A stretch of DNA of 64,000 bases from Tequatrovirus NIC06P2: sequence record OZ035760.1; one strand, given 5' to 3'. The notes under the pieces were generated by a model. The model was given only the letters and a program-made list of their open reading frames with translations. It was not told where the DNA came from and searched no databases. The translations under genes were made by a program, and so were the position numbers. Every line of letters starts with the position of its first letter. Position 1 is the stretch's first letter. Positions 51,397 to 60,568 of this stretch are shown piece by piece.

Positions 51397-51999
51397 TTAT
51401 AGATTAAATCCTTCAAAATCAAGAGTATAGATAGTGTATGTTGAATACTTTTTGTACTCATATCTATCTGCAATTCTAAATACGCTTCCAGCTGGTATCA
51501 TTACTTCTTGTTCATCTGAAACTAATTCCATATTACGATAACGATGACTATCCGGAAACTTAAAGTTTGGATTGTATTCTTTACAGCGTAGAGCTTTTAT
51601 AGCATACTCCTGGAAATTGAATACCATAGGAGCTTTGAATTCAAAAATAACTTGTGTGTTATACTCTAAACCAGAAGCAAAATGTAGAGCTATATTTTTA
51701 TCATATGAAGCTGATACGACTTTATCAAATGTAATAATATCAATTCCTTGATTTAATACTTGTTTAGTCTCAGCTGGAACACCTCTCCAAAGAGGTTTAT
51801 CGTTTGGTTCCAAACGATATTTGATTATTTCATTTAACCAAGAATGATCGTCTGGTTTATTAGTAATACAATGAATTAAAAGTTCAATTTCAGATAAATT
51901 AAACCCTTCAGAAAGTAATTCTTCACGAATAGAAGCACGCACCGATGCATCCATTGATTTTATTTTAAAATCTTTTAGTTGCATTACTGAGTATTTCAT
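51397..51999 (-). CDS. modA: ADP-ribosyltransferase ModA (200 aa)
   Basis: ART R-S-E motifs (LWRGV ... SAS ... EQEVMIP); tandem with modB. Confidence 0.85.
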   Translation of the reverse strand: MKYSVMQLKDFKIKSMDASVRASIREELLSEGFNLSEIELLIHCITNKPDDHSWLNEIIKYRLEPNDKPLWRGVPAETKQVLNQGIDIITFDKVVSASYDKNIALHFASGLEYNTQVIFEFKAPMVFNFQEYAIKALRCKEYNPNFKFPDSHRYRNMELVSDEQEVMIPAGSVFRIADRYEYKKYSTYTIYTLDFEGFNL

Positions 52000-52619
52000 T
52001 CAACTACCTCAATATCATATACTTTAAATGTTCCAAATGAATCGTGTAATTTTTCTTTTGAAATAGAAGTTATTTTATACTTTCCAATTGGAATCATCCA
52101 TTCTTGTTCACGCACAATCATCATTAAGTTATCAGTACGCTCTGAATCTAATCCATCAGTATCTTCATACGTGTACTTAAACTCAGTATTAGGAGAAGAA
52201 AGTATAATATCGCTGATATGGTCAGAATAATTAAAAGCTTTATTAGTTTTTAAGCGAAGTATTATTTTAGTAAAATATTCAGCGTAAGAAAAAGAACATG
52301 CTGTGAGCAAACTAGTAGTAAATGAATCTACTCTATTCGTTGAAAACACTTCTCCAACTTGTAAATCTTTAATAAGTTCTTCTGTTGATTTTGATATACC
52401 ACGATATAACTGATAAGGTGATTTAGTTAAATGCTTTTTAATGATTTTATTCAATTGCCGATGAAGAGCTTCATTCTTTTTGGCTTCCATACATTGCCAA
52501 AGAACTGACTGCTCAAAGTCAGTAAATTTTTCACAGACCTTTTTATACATATCATATTGAAAATCAACGCTTTCAGCTTTTATAGATAACTGTTCAACAT
52601 CTGCAAGATTAATAATCAT
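51996..52619 (-). CDS. modB: ADP-ribosyltransferase ModB (207 aa)
   Basis: ART motifs (LYRGIS ... FSTN ... EQEWMIP); paralogue of modA. Confidence 0.85.
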   Translation of the reverse strand: MIINLADVEQLSIKAESVDFQYDMYKKVCEKFTDFEQSVLWQCMEAKKNEALHRQLNKIIKKHLTKSPYQLYRGISKSTEELIKDLQVGEVFSTNRVDSFTTSLLTACSFSYAEYFTKIILRLKTNKAFNYSDHISDIILSSPNTEFKYTYEDTDGLDSERTDNLMMIVREQEWMIPIGKYKITSISKEKLHDSFGTFKVYDIEVVE

Positions 52620-52675
52620 GATAGCCTCCGTATACTTCAGAAGCTATCATATCATCGTTAGAAAGGAAAGTAAAC
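52620..52675 (-). promoter_or_regulatory. candidate early promoter
   Basis: GTTTAC at 52670-52675 (reverse complement) with A/T-rich -10 upstream of modB. Confidence 0.45.
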
Positions 52676-52686
52676 AACTTTTTGAA

Positions 52687-52869
52687 TTATTTTGCCCAGG
52701 GAGCCCAAGGCGGAGGGTCAAGATGGTATGAAGCTAGTTCTTCTAGAAGAGCATCTGGGGCTTCAATTCCATAATTCTGTAATACTATACGGTACTCTTT
52801 CTTATAATCACTAGAATCATTCTGGATATTCGTAGAATGATTATCTTCTAACATCTCAAATAAATCCAT
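52687..52869 (-). CDS. hypothetical acidic protein (60 aa)
   Basis: Complete ORF. Confidence 0.45.
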   Translation of the reverse strand: MDLFEMLEDNHSTNIQNDSSDYKKEYRIVLQNYGIEAPDALLEELASYHLDPPPWAPWAK

Positions 52870-52877
52870 ATTAATTC

Positions 52878-53348
52878 CTAGCGATAAAAACCAAAATGAC
52901 GATTAGCTTCAGCAATCTTTCTTTCTTCTTCGGACATTCTCCAGCGTAGTCCAACATCAAAATGAGCCCAGACCATTTTAACAAATGCGTGTATGTCTTT
53001 AATATCTTCAATAATGAATGTTTTACTTTTCGAAGGTTGACTCGCTAATTTAACCTTATCATCTTCAAACAGGTCAAAAAGACCATATTCATGAGCTCTT
53101 TTATAGCCTTTAATAGTTAAAGCTTCGGAAGAAGAAAACGGTGAATCAGTATTTTGCAAAATATCTTCAGTATGCTTTATAATTAGAATAATATTTTCTG
53201 GATATTTTCTTTCTTTTATATCTTTAATTAAAAAATCCGGATTTTCTGCTAAAGGAATAATTAATGAGCATTTTTTATCAAGTGTATTTACTGATTTACC
53301 TTCTTTAGACATAAATTCTATTGAATAATGTTTTGCTACTTCAATCAT
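52878..53348 (-). CDS. hypothetical protein (156 aa)
   Basis: Complete ORF. Confidence 0.5.
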
Positions 53349-53501
53349 GGGATTTCCTTTTGCCTACTAATGGACCATCGGGAATTTTGTTTTCCTGGAT
53401 ATATTTCTCATTTTCTTCCATCATTTTACTACCTATTTTAAGAAGCAAATCCATTGCTTCATTTGCTTTAGCTTTAGCCTCTTCTAACGTCATATCTTTG
53501 T

Positions 53502-53705
53502 TCATGATTTATCACCATAGATGTCTCTCATCAATTTAAGCGCTGAGCGTTCTAATTTCTTTTCTTTCTCAGCACTAATCATTGATTTCATCCATTCTTC
53601 CGATTCGTTCTGCATTTCTTTATTTGCTTGTTCAACCCAACCATCATCAATATACATTGAGTTTGGTCTATTGAACCATTCAAGCATTTTCTTCAGAGCT
53701 TTCAT
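53502..53705 (-). CDS. hypothetical protein (67 aa)
   Basis: Complete ORF. Confidence 0.45.
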
Positions 53706-54177
53706 TTGTTTTACCTAAAACAATAGTAGGAGCATCGTCAAATTCATGAATTTTTAGCAAATTTGGATTTAAATTATTCCATAAAGAGGTAATAAAATAT
53801 GATAAAGCATCTTCGTCCACAATTATAAACTTATTTCCTTTATCTATTTCCCAACTATATGCTGAATCATATGAATAAAAAGATAAAGGTTTATCATTAT
53901 ATTTTTCTGTGTTAACATTAATGTATTCTGATTTAGTAAATGCTTCAATTGCTCTAAATGGAATATTTTGTACAGTTTCAATAATACCAATCTTTTTAAG
54001 TTTTATTTCAGCATCTTCTGGAACTGGCATTGAAACGAAATTTTTTACGAGATACATTGGGTCACAATAACCCTTATCAATCATTACAGCTACAGTAATT
54101 GGAACATCTTTAGCAAACGACATGCTATTACTGCTAATATACATTTCAAACAAAATCGCTTCCATAATTTTCCTCAA
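53680..54177 (-). CDS. hypothetical protein (165 aa)
   Basis: Complete ORF. Confidence 0.5.
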   Translation of the reverse strand: MRKIMEAILFEMYISSNSMSFAKDVPITVAVMIDKGYCDPMYLVKNFVSMPVPEDAEIKLKKIGIIETVQNIPFRAIEAFTKSEYINVNTEKYNDKPLSFYSYDSAYSWEIDKGNKFIIVDEDALSYFITSLWNNLNPNLLKIHEFDDAPTIVLGKTNESSEENA

Positions 54178-54515
54178 TCACAAGATGTGGATGAACAACT
54201 AGAATCACAAGAACTTCCACATGAATCGCCCGTCCATACATGAACAGGAACATTAGTATCATATGAATCAGAACTAGACTGTGTATTCTGTGCATTAGAT
54301 GATGTAGTAGGTACTGACCAACGCCAAGGATTTTTATAATATTCTTGGGCTTCTTCATAAGTCATAGTGACTGCTTCTACTGTTCCATCTCCCATATAAA
54401 CATACTCAACTACAGTTAAAGGAAGGTCGTCATTTGAAATAGGAACTACACCTTCCCCAGGAACTGTAGAGAAAAAATCCGTAAAGAAATTTTTAAACCA
54501 ATTAAAGATAAACAT
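54174..54515 (-). CDS. hypothetical protein with Cys/Ser-rich C-terminal tail (113 aa)
   Basis: C-terminus ...[19 protein letters not shown]; hydrophobic aromatic N-terminus. Confidence 0.5.
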   Translation of the reverse strand: MFIFNWFKNFFTDFFSTVPGEGVVPISNDDLPLTVVEYVYMGDGTVEAVTMTYEEAQEYYKNPWRWSVPTTSSNAQNTQSSSDSYDTNVPVHVWTGDSCGSSCDSSCSSTSCD

Positions 54516-54721
54516 TACAAAAAGCCTCTTTTGAATTCAACTTGCTTCTCGCCATAATCGTATCGAATCTCTGCATTAAATTCAACAGAACCATCTGCGT
54601 ACATCATAAATGAATGCACAACAACTTCTGTAGACCATGGTTGCAATTCATATTTCTTCATTACGTGTCGTGAAATGATAATATCTAAATCTTCATTCGG
54701 TTTAATCCAACGATTTAACAT
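54515..54721 (-). CDS. hypothetical protein (68 aa)
   Basis: Complete ORF with early promoter upstream. Confidence 0.5.
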   Translation of the reverse strand: MLNRWIKPNEDLDIIISRHVMKKYELQPWSTEVVVHSFMMYADGSVEFNAEIRYDYGEKQVEFKRGFL

Positions 54722-54778
54722 AGCGCTCTCCTCTATAAGATAATTCTATTATACCATACTCATTTTGATATGTAAACC
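54722..54778 (-). promoter_or_regulatory. candidate early promoter (GTTTAC at 54773-54778)
   Basis: Reverse complement GTTTACATATCAAAATGAGTATGGTATAATAG; follows the soc terminator. Confidence 0.5.
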
Positions 54779-54785
54779 ATTTAAA

Positions 54786-54809
54786 TGAAAAAAGGACTCC
54801 CGAAGGAGT
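54786..54809 (-). terminator. intrinsic terminator downstream of soc (same hairpin as at 1203-1226)
   Basis: ggactcc-cgaa-ggagtcc followed by T-run on the minus strand. Confidence 0.75.
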
Positions 54810-54819
54810 CCTTGAATTA

Positions 54820-55056
54820 TTAACCACCTATTTCTGTTGGCGTAAACATTGCAGCATTCTTAGTTTTCCAGTCAGCTGCATCAGAAACTACAGTAGAATA
54901 TGCTGCCTTTTCAGAAGGAAAGGTCTGATAATGAGAATCTGCAATACGATGCTCGTTAGAATAGATTTCAAACGGAACAGAAACTTCCATACCTTTAACT
55001 TCTTTGCCTTCACCTGCTGGATGAGTAAAGGTCTTGATGTTAACGAAACCGCCCAT
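54820..55056 (-). CDS. soc: small outer capsid protein Soc (78 aa)
   Basis: Conserved Soc motifs (YVNIKTF..., HYQTFPSEKAAYSTV) and late promoter upstream. Confidence 0.9.
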   Translation of the reverse strand: MGGFVNIKTFTHPAGEGKEVKGMEVSVPFEIYSNEHRIADSHYQTFPSEKAAYSTVVSDAADWKTKNAAMFTPTEIGG

Positions 55057-55087
55057 AATAAACTCCTTTATTGTTTAATTACAGGTG

Positions 55088-55095
55088 TATTTATA
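55088..55095 (-). promoter_or_regulatory. late promoter TATAAATA for soc
   Basis: Plus-strand TATTTATA is TATAAATA on the minus strand, about 32 nt upstream of the soc ATG. Confidence 0.7.
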
Positions 55096-55942
55096 AACCA
55101 TTTTCAAATCTCTTTATCATGTTTATATAATTTTCGTCAGGATAACCTAGGCTAACTGCTAACTTTCTAAAATTGACATATTTAGGTTTGTTGTTATTAA
55201 TCCATAATTCTCTAAGCTCTTTTTCATAATTCCATTTAAGTTGATTTCTGCGTGCAATTTTGCTTAAAGTTTTTCCTTTAGCTTTTAAAGCTTTTTCAGA
55301 TGACTGTTTTAATTTTTGAATATTTAAAACTTCTTCTATAGATAAATTATTTTCCTTTGAATATCTTATGCAAAAATCTTTTACTACGGCTATTAGGCAA
55401 TTTTTGTGAGTACCTAAAATTTCTGGATTATTTTCTTCAACTAAAATTCCCCAATATCTTCGATAGCGAGGCATATCCCTTGAAATCCAGTCATTATACC
55501 AAAAATCAAAGTTGGAATACATGAAAGATTTTCTTTTGCGAAGAGTATCTTGGTTTATCCATTGCTCACGTTTATCAGCCCATAACTTAATAGTAAAGTC
55601 TTTCTCTAAGTCAGAAAGCTTCTTAAATTGCGAGCTATTTACTGAGGTCATTCTCTGGAATGCATTCAGCAATCCAAATCTTCCAGTTGAACATAAGAGA
55701 TAGTGAACATATATGTGTTGATATATTGGGAGATATACTCTATTCCAAGGATATGTTTTAAAATCACTGTACTCAGGAAATGCGCATTTAGGAAGTATAT
55801 GATGGGCTTCTGTTTTAGATTTAATGTGAGTGTTTAACTTATACTTATCTATAATTTTTAAATACTCATCTAAAAGTTCCCATTGCGGGAACTTTTCTTT
55901 AAGAGCAGATTTGAAATTAATATCCATTATCTTGACGTTCAA
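55091..55942 (-). CDS. putative free-standing HNH homing endonuclease (283 aa)
   Basis: HNH-like core (TEAHHILPK...N...H) near the N-terminus, basic C-terminal half; occupies the soc-56 spacer and overlaps the 3' end of gene 56. Confidence 0.5.
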   Translation of the reverse strand: MNVKIMDINFKSALKEKFPQWELLDEYLKIIDKYKLNTHIKSKTEAHHILPKCAFPEYSDFKTYPWNRVYLPIYQHIYVHYLLCSTGRFGLLNAFQRMTSVNSSQFKKLSDLEKDFTIKLWADKREQWINQDTLRKRKSFMYSNFDFWYNDWISRDMPRYRRYWGILVEENNPEILGTHKNCLIAVVKDFCIRYSKENNLSIEEVLNIQKLKQSSEKALKAKGKTLSKIARRNQLKWNYEKELRELWINNNKPKYVNFRKLAVSLGYPDENYINMIKRFENGL

Positions 55943-56435
55943 AATTATGTTTGTTCTTCAGATAATAAAGTTTAAAGATTTCTTCTGCTGTAAGACCAAG
56001 ACCTTGGAACATGTTCAGAACAAAATGAAGAATATCAATCATTTCGAATTTAATTTCTAACTGATCCTGTGGAGACAAATCAGTAATCAAAGTTTCACGG
56101 CGTTCACCATGCTGCGACTTCCAAGGTTTCCATACAGCAGATGCATCTTTTTCGCCATTGCTCATACCGCCAAGAGAAGTTAGAAGTTCGCGGAATTCAT
56201 CATCAATATAATCTTTCTGATTACGCAGCCAATCAACAACTTCACCTGCGGTAGCCAAATCATCAGGATGACGGTTATATTCAGGTTTATCTTTAGCTAA
56301 ACGAATCTGTAAAGATTTCTGCATATCAAGCATTACCTGCAGCGGGTCTTTTTCATCACCGAGAATATCCCAATATTCATTTTGAGCTTTATCAGCGCCT
56401 TCGATCAGTTGACTACATTCGTTGAAATGTGGCAT
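55917..56435 (-). CDS. 56: dCTPase/dUTPase gp56 (172 aa)
   Basis: Matches T4 gp56 size and sequence (MazG-like NTP pyrophosphatase). Confidence 0.9.
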   Translation of the reverse strand: MPHFNECSQLIEGADKAQNEYWDILGDEKDPLQVMLDMQKSLQIRLAKDKPEYNRHPDDLATAGEVVDWLRNQKDYIDDEFRELLTSLGGMSNGEKDASAVWKPWKSQHGERRETLITDLSPQDQLEIKFEMIDILHFVLNMFQGLGLTAEEIFKLYYLKNKHNFERQDNGY

Positions 56436-56508
56436 GTTATTTTTCCTTTCAATTCATGGGTTAGTAGATTAATTATACAATAAATATATAAAGCAATAAG
56501 GAGGACAT

Positions 56509-56709
56509 ATGGTACAAAAATTAATGGCACTTGTTAATGCCATAAAAGGTAATAAGAAACGTATAGCTTTTACTATTTCTGCTATGGTAGGAATTTTACT
56601 CTGGAACTTTATTCTATCACCTGTTGCAATTGCACATGGTATTAATATTCCAGTAGTTACTCTTGATACATTTGTAGATTTAGCATTTGCTTTAGTTGGG
56701 TTGATTTAA
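56509..56709 (+). CDS. small membrane protein on the plus strand (66 aa)
   Basis: Strong AAGGAGG Shine-Dalgarno 7 nt upstream of the ATG; two hydrophobic segments; convergent with gene 61, stops overlap. Confidence 0.45.
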   Translation: MVQKLMALVNAIKGNKKRIAFTISAMVGILLWNFILSPVAIAHGINIPVVTLDTFVDLAFALVGLI

Positions 56710-57734
56710 ATCTTAGCATATTTAGATAGCCGCATTTTAGCCATCAACCCCTGTGCAATATTATTTTTCATATATTCCATAATTTGTTCAGGGGTTGCAC
56801 CTTCCTTTCTAATCATATCATTAACATCTTTTGATTTCCAGGGAGATTTATCCCAAAACATAACCCTTTCTCCTGCATCAACTAATTTAGTCATTCGTTT
56901 AATAGTGTCAGGGTGACGAGGTTCATTATCTAAAACCCACACTCGTCTATCTTTAAATGGAACAACTTCTAGGTCTAATTGACCACCCGTAATAGCTATA
57001 CCATTTTCAATAAAAAGTGAATCTATAGGTCCTTCTAGAACATATACATCACCATCTTTAACTCGTTCGACTCCATAGATTTTTGTTGCCTCAGGATAAG
57101 CTTTGATGGTGATATATTTTTGAGGAGCATCTTTCTTTAATGCGCGTCCTTGAAAAGACTCAGCTTTTCCATTAGCATTATAAATTGGAATAACAAGACG
57201 AGGCTCAGAAATTTCCTTTTTATATGTTCCCGGTGCTATGCTATTAACCAATTTAGGCCATTCGGTTGTAAACCAAAGATATTTCCATTTATCCTTTGGA
57301 ATACAACGAGCTTTTACATATTTTATAATTGGATGGTCTTCCGCCAGTTTATCTAATCTAACACATGACGGAAGAGATTTAATTATTTTCTTCTCAGGTT
57401 GTTTAGGAAGTTCTTTAGGTTTTTCTACTGGACGACTTTTACCTTTTTCTTTTCTTATTTCAAAGATATACTCACGATATAAATCAGGTTCAAACTCCTT
57501 TAAATATATTCCGATTGGTGCATGATAGTTACAGTTATAACAATGAATATTTCCTTCATTATTATCACCATAATACCATCCACGAGCTTTATTCTGGTCT
57601 GTTTTTGAATCTCCACAAACAGGGCATCTAAACCGTAATTTAAAAGTTGAACTATTATTTACTTGTGTGAATTTAGGTAAATGAGCTAATGCACGGTATG
57701 CGAACTCATTATCAATCCAAGGTATTGATGACAT
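56706..57734 (-). CDS. 61: DNA primase gp61 (342 aa)
   Basis: N-terminal zinc-ribbon (CPVCGD...CYNC) and TOPRIM region; T4 gp61 length. Confidence 0.9.
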   Translation of the reverse strand: MSSIPWIDNEFAYRALAHLPKFTQVNNSSTFKLRFRCPVCGDSKTDQNKARGWYYGDNNEGNIHCYNCNYHAPIGIYLKEFEPDLYREYIFEIRKEKGKSRPVEKPKELPKQPEKKIIKSLPSCVRLDKLAEDHPIIKYVKARCIPKDKWKYLWFTTEWPKLVNSIAPGTYKKEISEPRLVIPIYNANGKAESFQGRALKKDAPQKYITIKAYPEATKIYGVERVKDGDVYVLEGPIDSLFIENGIAITGGQLDLEVVPFKDRRVWVLDNEPRHPDTIKRMTKLVDAGERVMFWDKSPWKSKDVNDMIRKEGATPEQIMEYMKNNIAQGLMAKMRLSKYAKI

Positions 57735-57736
57735 TT

Positions 57737-57901
57737 TTACTCTTCTTTTTCTTTAGATTCCTCTTTTTTCTTTTTAGGAATCTGTTCAGGACCTTTATTT
57801 ACTACAGCGCCTGACGTTGTTCCAGTAGAGATATTTTCAGGACTACCACCTGAATCTCCAGCGACCATATCTTCTTTGATAAATTCTTTAAACGTTTTCA
57901 T
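57737..57901 (-). CDS. small ORF (54 aa; 61.1 position)
   Basis: Hand-translated MKTFKEFIKEDMVAGDSGGSPENIST...KKKEESKEKEE; stop abuts the gene 61 start. Confidence 0.4.
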   Translation of the reverse strand: MKTFKEFIKEDMVAGDSGGSPENISTGTTSGAVVNKGPEQIPKKKKEESKEKEE

Positions 57902-57913
57902 ATTAGCCTCTAA

Positions 57914-58207
57914 TTATTCACCTACCACTTCAGCGATGATATTTTTATTATTAAAGTTTTTATCACAATACAGAACGTAATTATACTGCATTACACCACC
58001 AGACTTAAGCTGTTTTTGCACTTCAGCTTTCATTTCAGGACGATCACGCTCAACGATATTCATAATATCTGCTTCAATTTGAGTTTCAACCTCAGTCTGA
58101 TCCGCAGTCATAGACCATTCGCACAAATCTTTATCATAACCTGCCATAGCAGGCTGAGCAGCACAAGAAGCTAAAGCAAAAATTGTAGCAAAGATAAATT
58201 TTTTCAT
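57914..58207 (-). CDS. sp: Spackle periplasmic protein (97 aa from MKKFIFAT; signal peptide)
   Basis: Signal peptide MKKFIFATIFALASCAAQPAMA; size and position (61.3 locus) match T4 Sp; track ORF start lies in the promoter region. Confidence 0.6.
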   Translation of the reverse strand: MKKFIFATIFALASCAAQPAMAGYDKDLCEWSMTADQTEVETQIEADIMNIVERDRPEMKAEVQKQLKSGGVMQYNYVLYCDKNFNNKNIIAEVVGE

Positions 58208-58266
58208 GATTAATCTCCTCAGTAGTTTATGTTTATATAGTATCTCAATTTCCAATAAAAGTAAAC
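58208..58266 (-). promoter_or_regulatory. candidate early promoter and leader upstream of sp
   Basis: GTTTAC at 58261-58266 (reverse complement) with A/T-rich -10 and GAGG Shine-Dalgarno. Confidence 0.45.
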
Positions 58267-58268
58267 AG

Positions 58269-58568
58269 TTATTTTAAAACTTTTGCGTAATCACATGTTA
58301 CAAACTGTTTCTCTAGCTTAACGATCTTACGAAAATACCTTTTACACTGACGAATCTGCCGCTTCGTAGGGCGAACAGCAAACTTAATAAATTCCACTCG
58401 ACCAAATGGAGGACTTTCTTCTGCTGGAATATCTAACGCCAATTCCCACGTATCGGCAATAAGTGCTTTGAATTGCGTATTTTTCCTGACGTTATACGGA
58501 GTAGGTTTAAATAAAACAATATGCATATTATCCTCGGCAATCCACTTCACATACTTTCTTGTCATCAA
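58269..58568 (-). CDS. hypothetical basic protein (99 aa; 61.4 position)
   Basis: Complete ORF. Confidence 0.5.
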   Translation of the reverse strand: MMTRKYVKWIAEDNMHIVLFKPTPYNVRKNTQFKALIADTWELALDIPAEESPPFGRVEFIKFAVRPTKRQIRQCKRYFRKIVKLEKQFVTCDYAKVLK

Positions 58569-58710
58569 TGAAAGCTTTAACTAATGCTTTATTAACATCA
58601 GCATATTGAGTAGTAGCCCATTGAACGTCATCTTTCATCATTGTGATTTCTTTAGTAAACGTGCTTTCATTCTTAAACCACCCCATAAAAACTACCTTTA
58701 CCAATTCCAT
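58528..58710 (-). CDS. dmd: Dmd antitoxin, discriminator of mRNA degradation (60 aa)
   Basis: Matches T4 Dmd (MELVKVVFMGWFKNES...) in length and sequence; position just upstream of gene 41. Confidence 0.85.
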   Translation of the reverse strand: MELVKVVFMGWFKNESTFTKEITMMKDDVQWATTQYADVNKALVKAFIDDKKVCEVDCRG

Positions 58711-58768
58711 AACAATCTCCCCATTTAACCAACAAGACTACTATACCATAGTCTTGTCAGCTTGTAAA

Positions 58769-60196
58769 CTAAAATTTTAATTCATTCGCCAAAGCATCTA
58801 ACTGAGCTCGAGTCGATTCGTTTCTTTGATAGCGATTCTGTTCAGCCTGAATCTGTTGTGAACCTGCTACCTCACTCACTTCAGTTGGAGTAGAATCTTG
58901 TTCAATTTCTACCCATTTCTGATTTCCTTTTTGAACACCCATCAAAAACTTATTCCACTTATTCTTATCACCATATCGTGATTTGATTTGCTTAATGAGT
59001 TGTTGTTCAGCAGCTGCTAGCTCCTCGGTTTCAATGACCGCAAGCATAAAATCAGCTGTTGCTGGAAGACCAGCAGATTCTGCGATATCACTCATGTTAA
59101 CATCAGAAGAGTCCCAAGCTTGTTTACCAACCTGTGCTGCAGTCCAAAGAACAGTTTCGGTTTCAACAGCCAGAGCACGCAATTCCTCTGCGATAGCTTT
59201 AACAGTTGTGTAACTATTTTCTGAATAAACTCTAATGCGGCAAGATTTACAAATACCTAGATAGTCGACAATAATGATTGTTGGAACAAAATTCTTCTTG
59301 AGCTTCAATTCGTTTAAAAGTGATCGAAATGTATTAGCGTCTGCTCCACCAGTAGGATATTGCTTAACGATTAAACGACCAAGGGTAGATTTCTCACGCC
59401 ATTTTTCCATTTTTCCTTTATATTCAGCGTAAGAAATATGTCCATCATCAATATCGTCAAGAGAAACATCGAGCATGTTAGCATCAATACGTTTAGCACA
59501 GACTTCTTCTGCCATTTCCATGGAGATATAAAGAACGTTATGACCAAGCTGCAAATAATCTGCTGCTAATGAACAAAGTCCTAATGATTTACCAACGTTA
59601 ACGCCAGCCATTAAAACGTTCAGTGTTCCAGTCTCAGCTCCGCCTTTAGTAATTTTGTTTAGAATTCTGAGTTTAAATGGAACCTTACGAGCTTTATTCA
59701 TATAAGATAGCCAACGCGCTTCATAGTCATCCATCCAATCATGACCAACGTAGCTATCAAATGAAATTGATAATGCTTGGCGCATGATGTCAGGAATAGC
59801 ACCTACATCTGGCATTTTCTTATTTCGTTTTTCCGGAGGAAGCTCAGCATTAGTTTGAATTTCGATTATTTTAGACGTAGCATTAAACATCGCCCTTTGC
59901 TGAACATATTTTTCTGTTTCTTTTATTAACCAACTGTGGTCTTCCGGAGAATCAGCCAGTTTTGAAATAAGTGTTTTTACACCAGAATATTCTGTTTCAG
60001 TAAATGAACTATTTTCTAATGCAACATTTAACGCATTAATAGATGGAACGCTATGGTACTCATTAACATGAGATTTAATTAATTTGAATGTATTTTTAGC
60101 TGGACCACTTTCAAAATATTCTGAATCCATATATGGCCAAACTTTTGAAAAATAAGCTTGATCAAATATAAGATGAGAAAGAATAATTTCTACCAC
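58769..60196 (-). CDS. 41: replicative DNA helicase gp41 (475 aa)
   Basis: DnaB-family motifs (Walker A GVNVGKS; ...IIIVDYLG...) and T4 gp41 length. Confidence 0.95.
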   Translation of the reverse strand: MVEIILSHLIFDQAYFSKVWPYMDSEYFESGPAKNTFKLIKSHVNEYHSVPSINALNVALENSSFTETEYSGVKTLISKLADSPEDHSWLIKETEKYVQQRAMFNATSKIIEIQTNAELPPEKRNKKMPDVGAIPDIMRQALSISFDSYVGHDWMDDYEARWLSYMNKARKVPFKLRILNKITKGGAETGTLNVLMAGVNVGKSLGLCSLAADYLQLGHNVLYISMEMAEEVCAKRIDANMLDVSLDDIDDGHISYAEYKGKMEKWREKSTLGRLIVKQYPTGGADANTFRSLLNELKLKKNFVPTIIIVDYLGICKSCRIRVYSENSYTTVKAIAEELRALAVETETVLWTAAQVGKQAWDSSDVNMSDIAESAGLPATADFMLAVIETEELAAAEQQLIKQIKSRYGDKNKWNKFLMGVQKGNQKWVEIEQDSTPTEVSEVAGSQQIQAEQNRYQRNESTRAQLDALANELKF

Positions 60197-60205
60197 ACTT
60201 ACTCC

Positions 60206-60568
60206 TTAAAAGAATTTAAACTTTTTCTTTGACCTTTTATTAAATGCATCTTGTAGTTGCATTGTAATACATTTTTCTACATGAGGAGCTAACTCAGCTT
60301 TTCTTTCTTGGTCAAGAACAGCAAAGTCCATTACGACTTTTCCATCAACCCAATCTAATTTTGTCACATACACAATGTGTGTAGAACCATCTTCTAGTTT
60401 AATGACAATCTCCTGGATAACATTTTCCATAGCGGATTTAATTATCTTAAGAGACTCATTAAAAAGACGTTCTTTTCTTTCTTCTTCCCCCTCCGAAGAG
60501 GGGGATTCATCGATAATTTCTAGATCTAAATCTAAATCATCTTTATTCATTAAATTCTTCCATATCAC
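60206..60568 (-). CDS. 40: gp40 head vertex assembly chaperone (120 aa)
   Basis: Size and position between uvsX and 41. Confidence 0.6.
   Translation of the reverse strand: MIWKNLMNKDDLDLDLEIIDESPSSEGEEERKERLFNESLKIIKSAMENVIQEIVIKLEDGSTHIVYVTKLDWVDGKVVMDFAVLDQERKAELAPHVEKCITMQLQDAFNKRSKKKFKFF

Noticed and set aside
56436-56705. dam DNA adenine methyltransferase between genes 56 and 61
   Set aside because: There is no ORF of suitable size and no methyltransferase motif; only a 66-aa plus-strand ORF fits in the interval.
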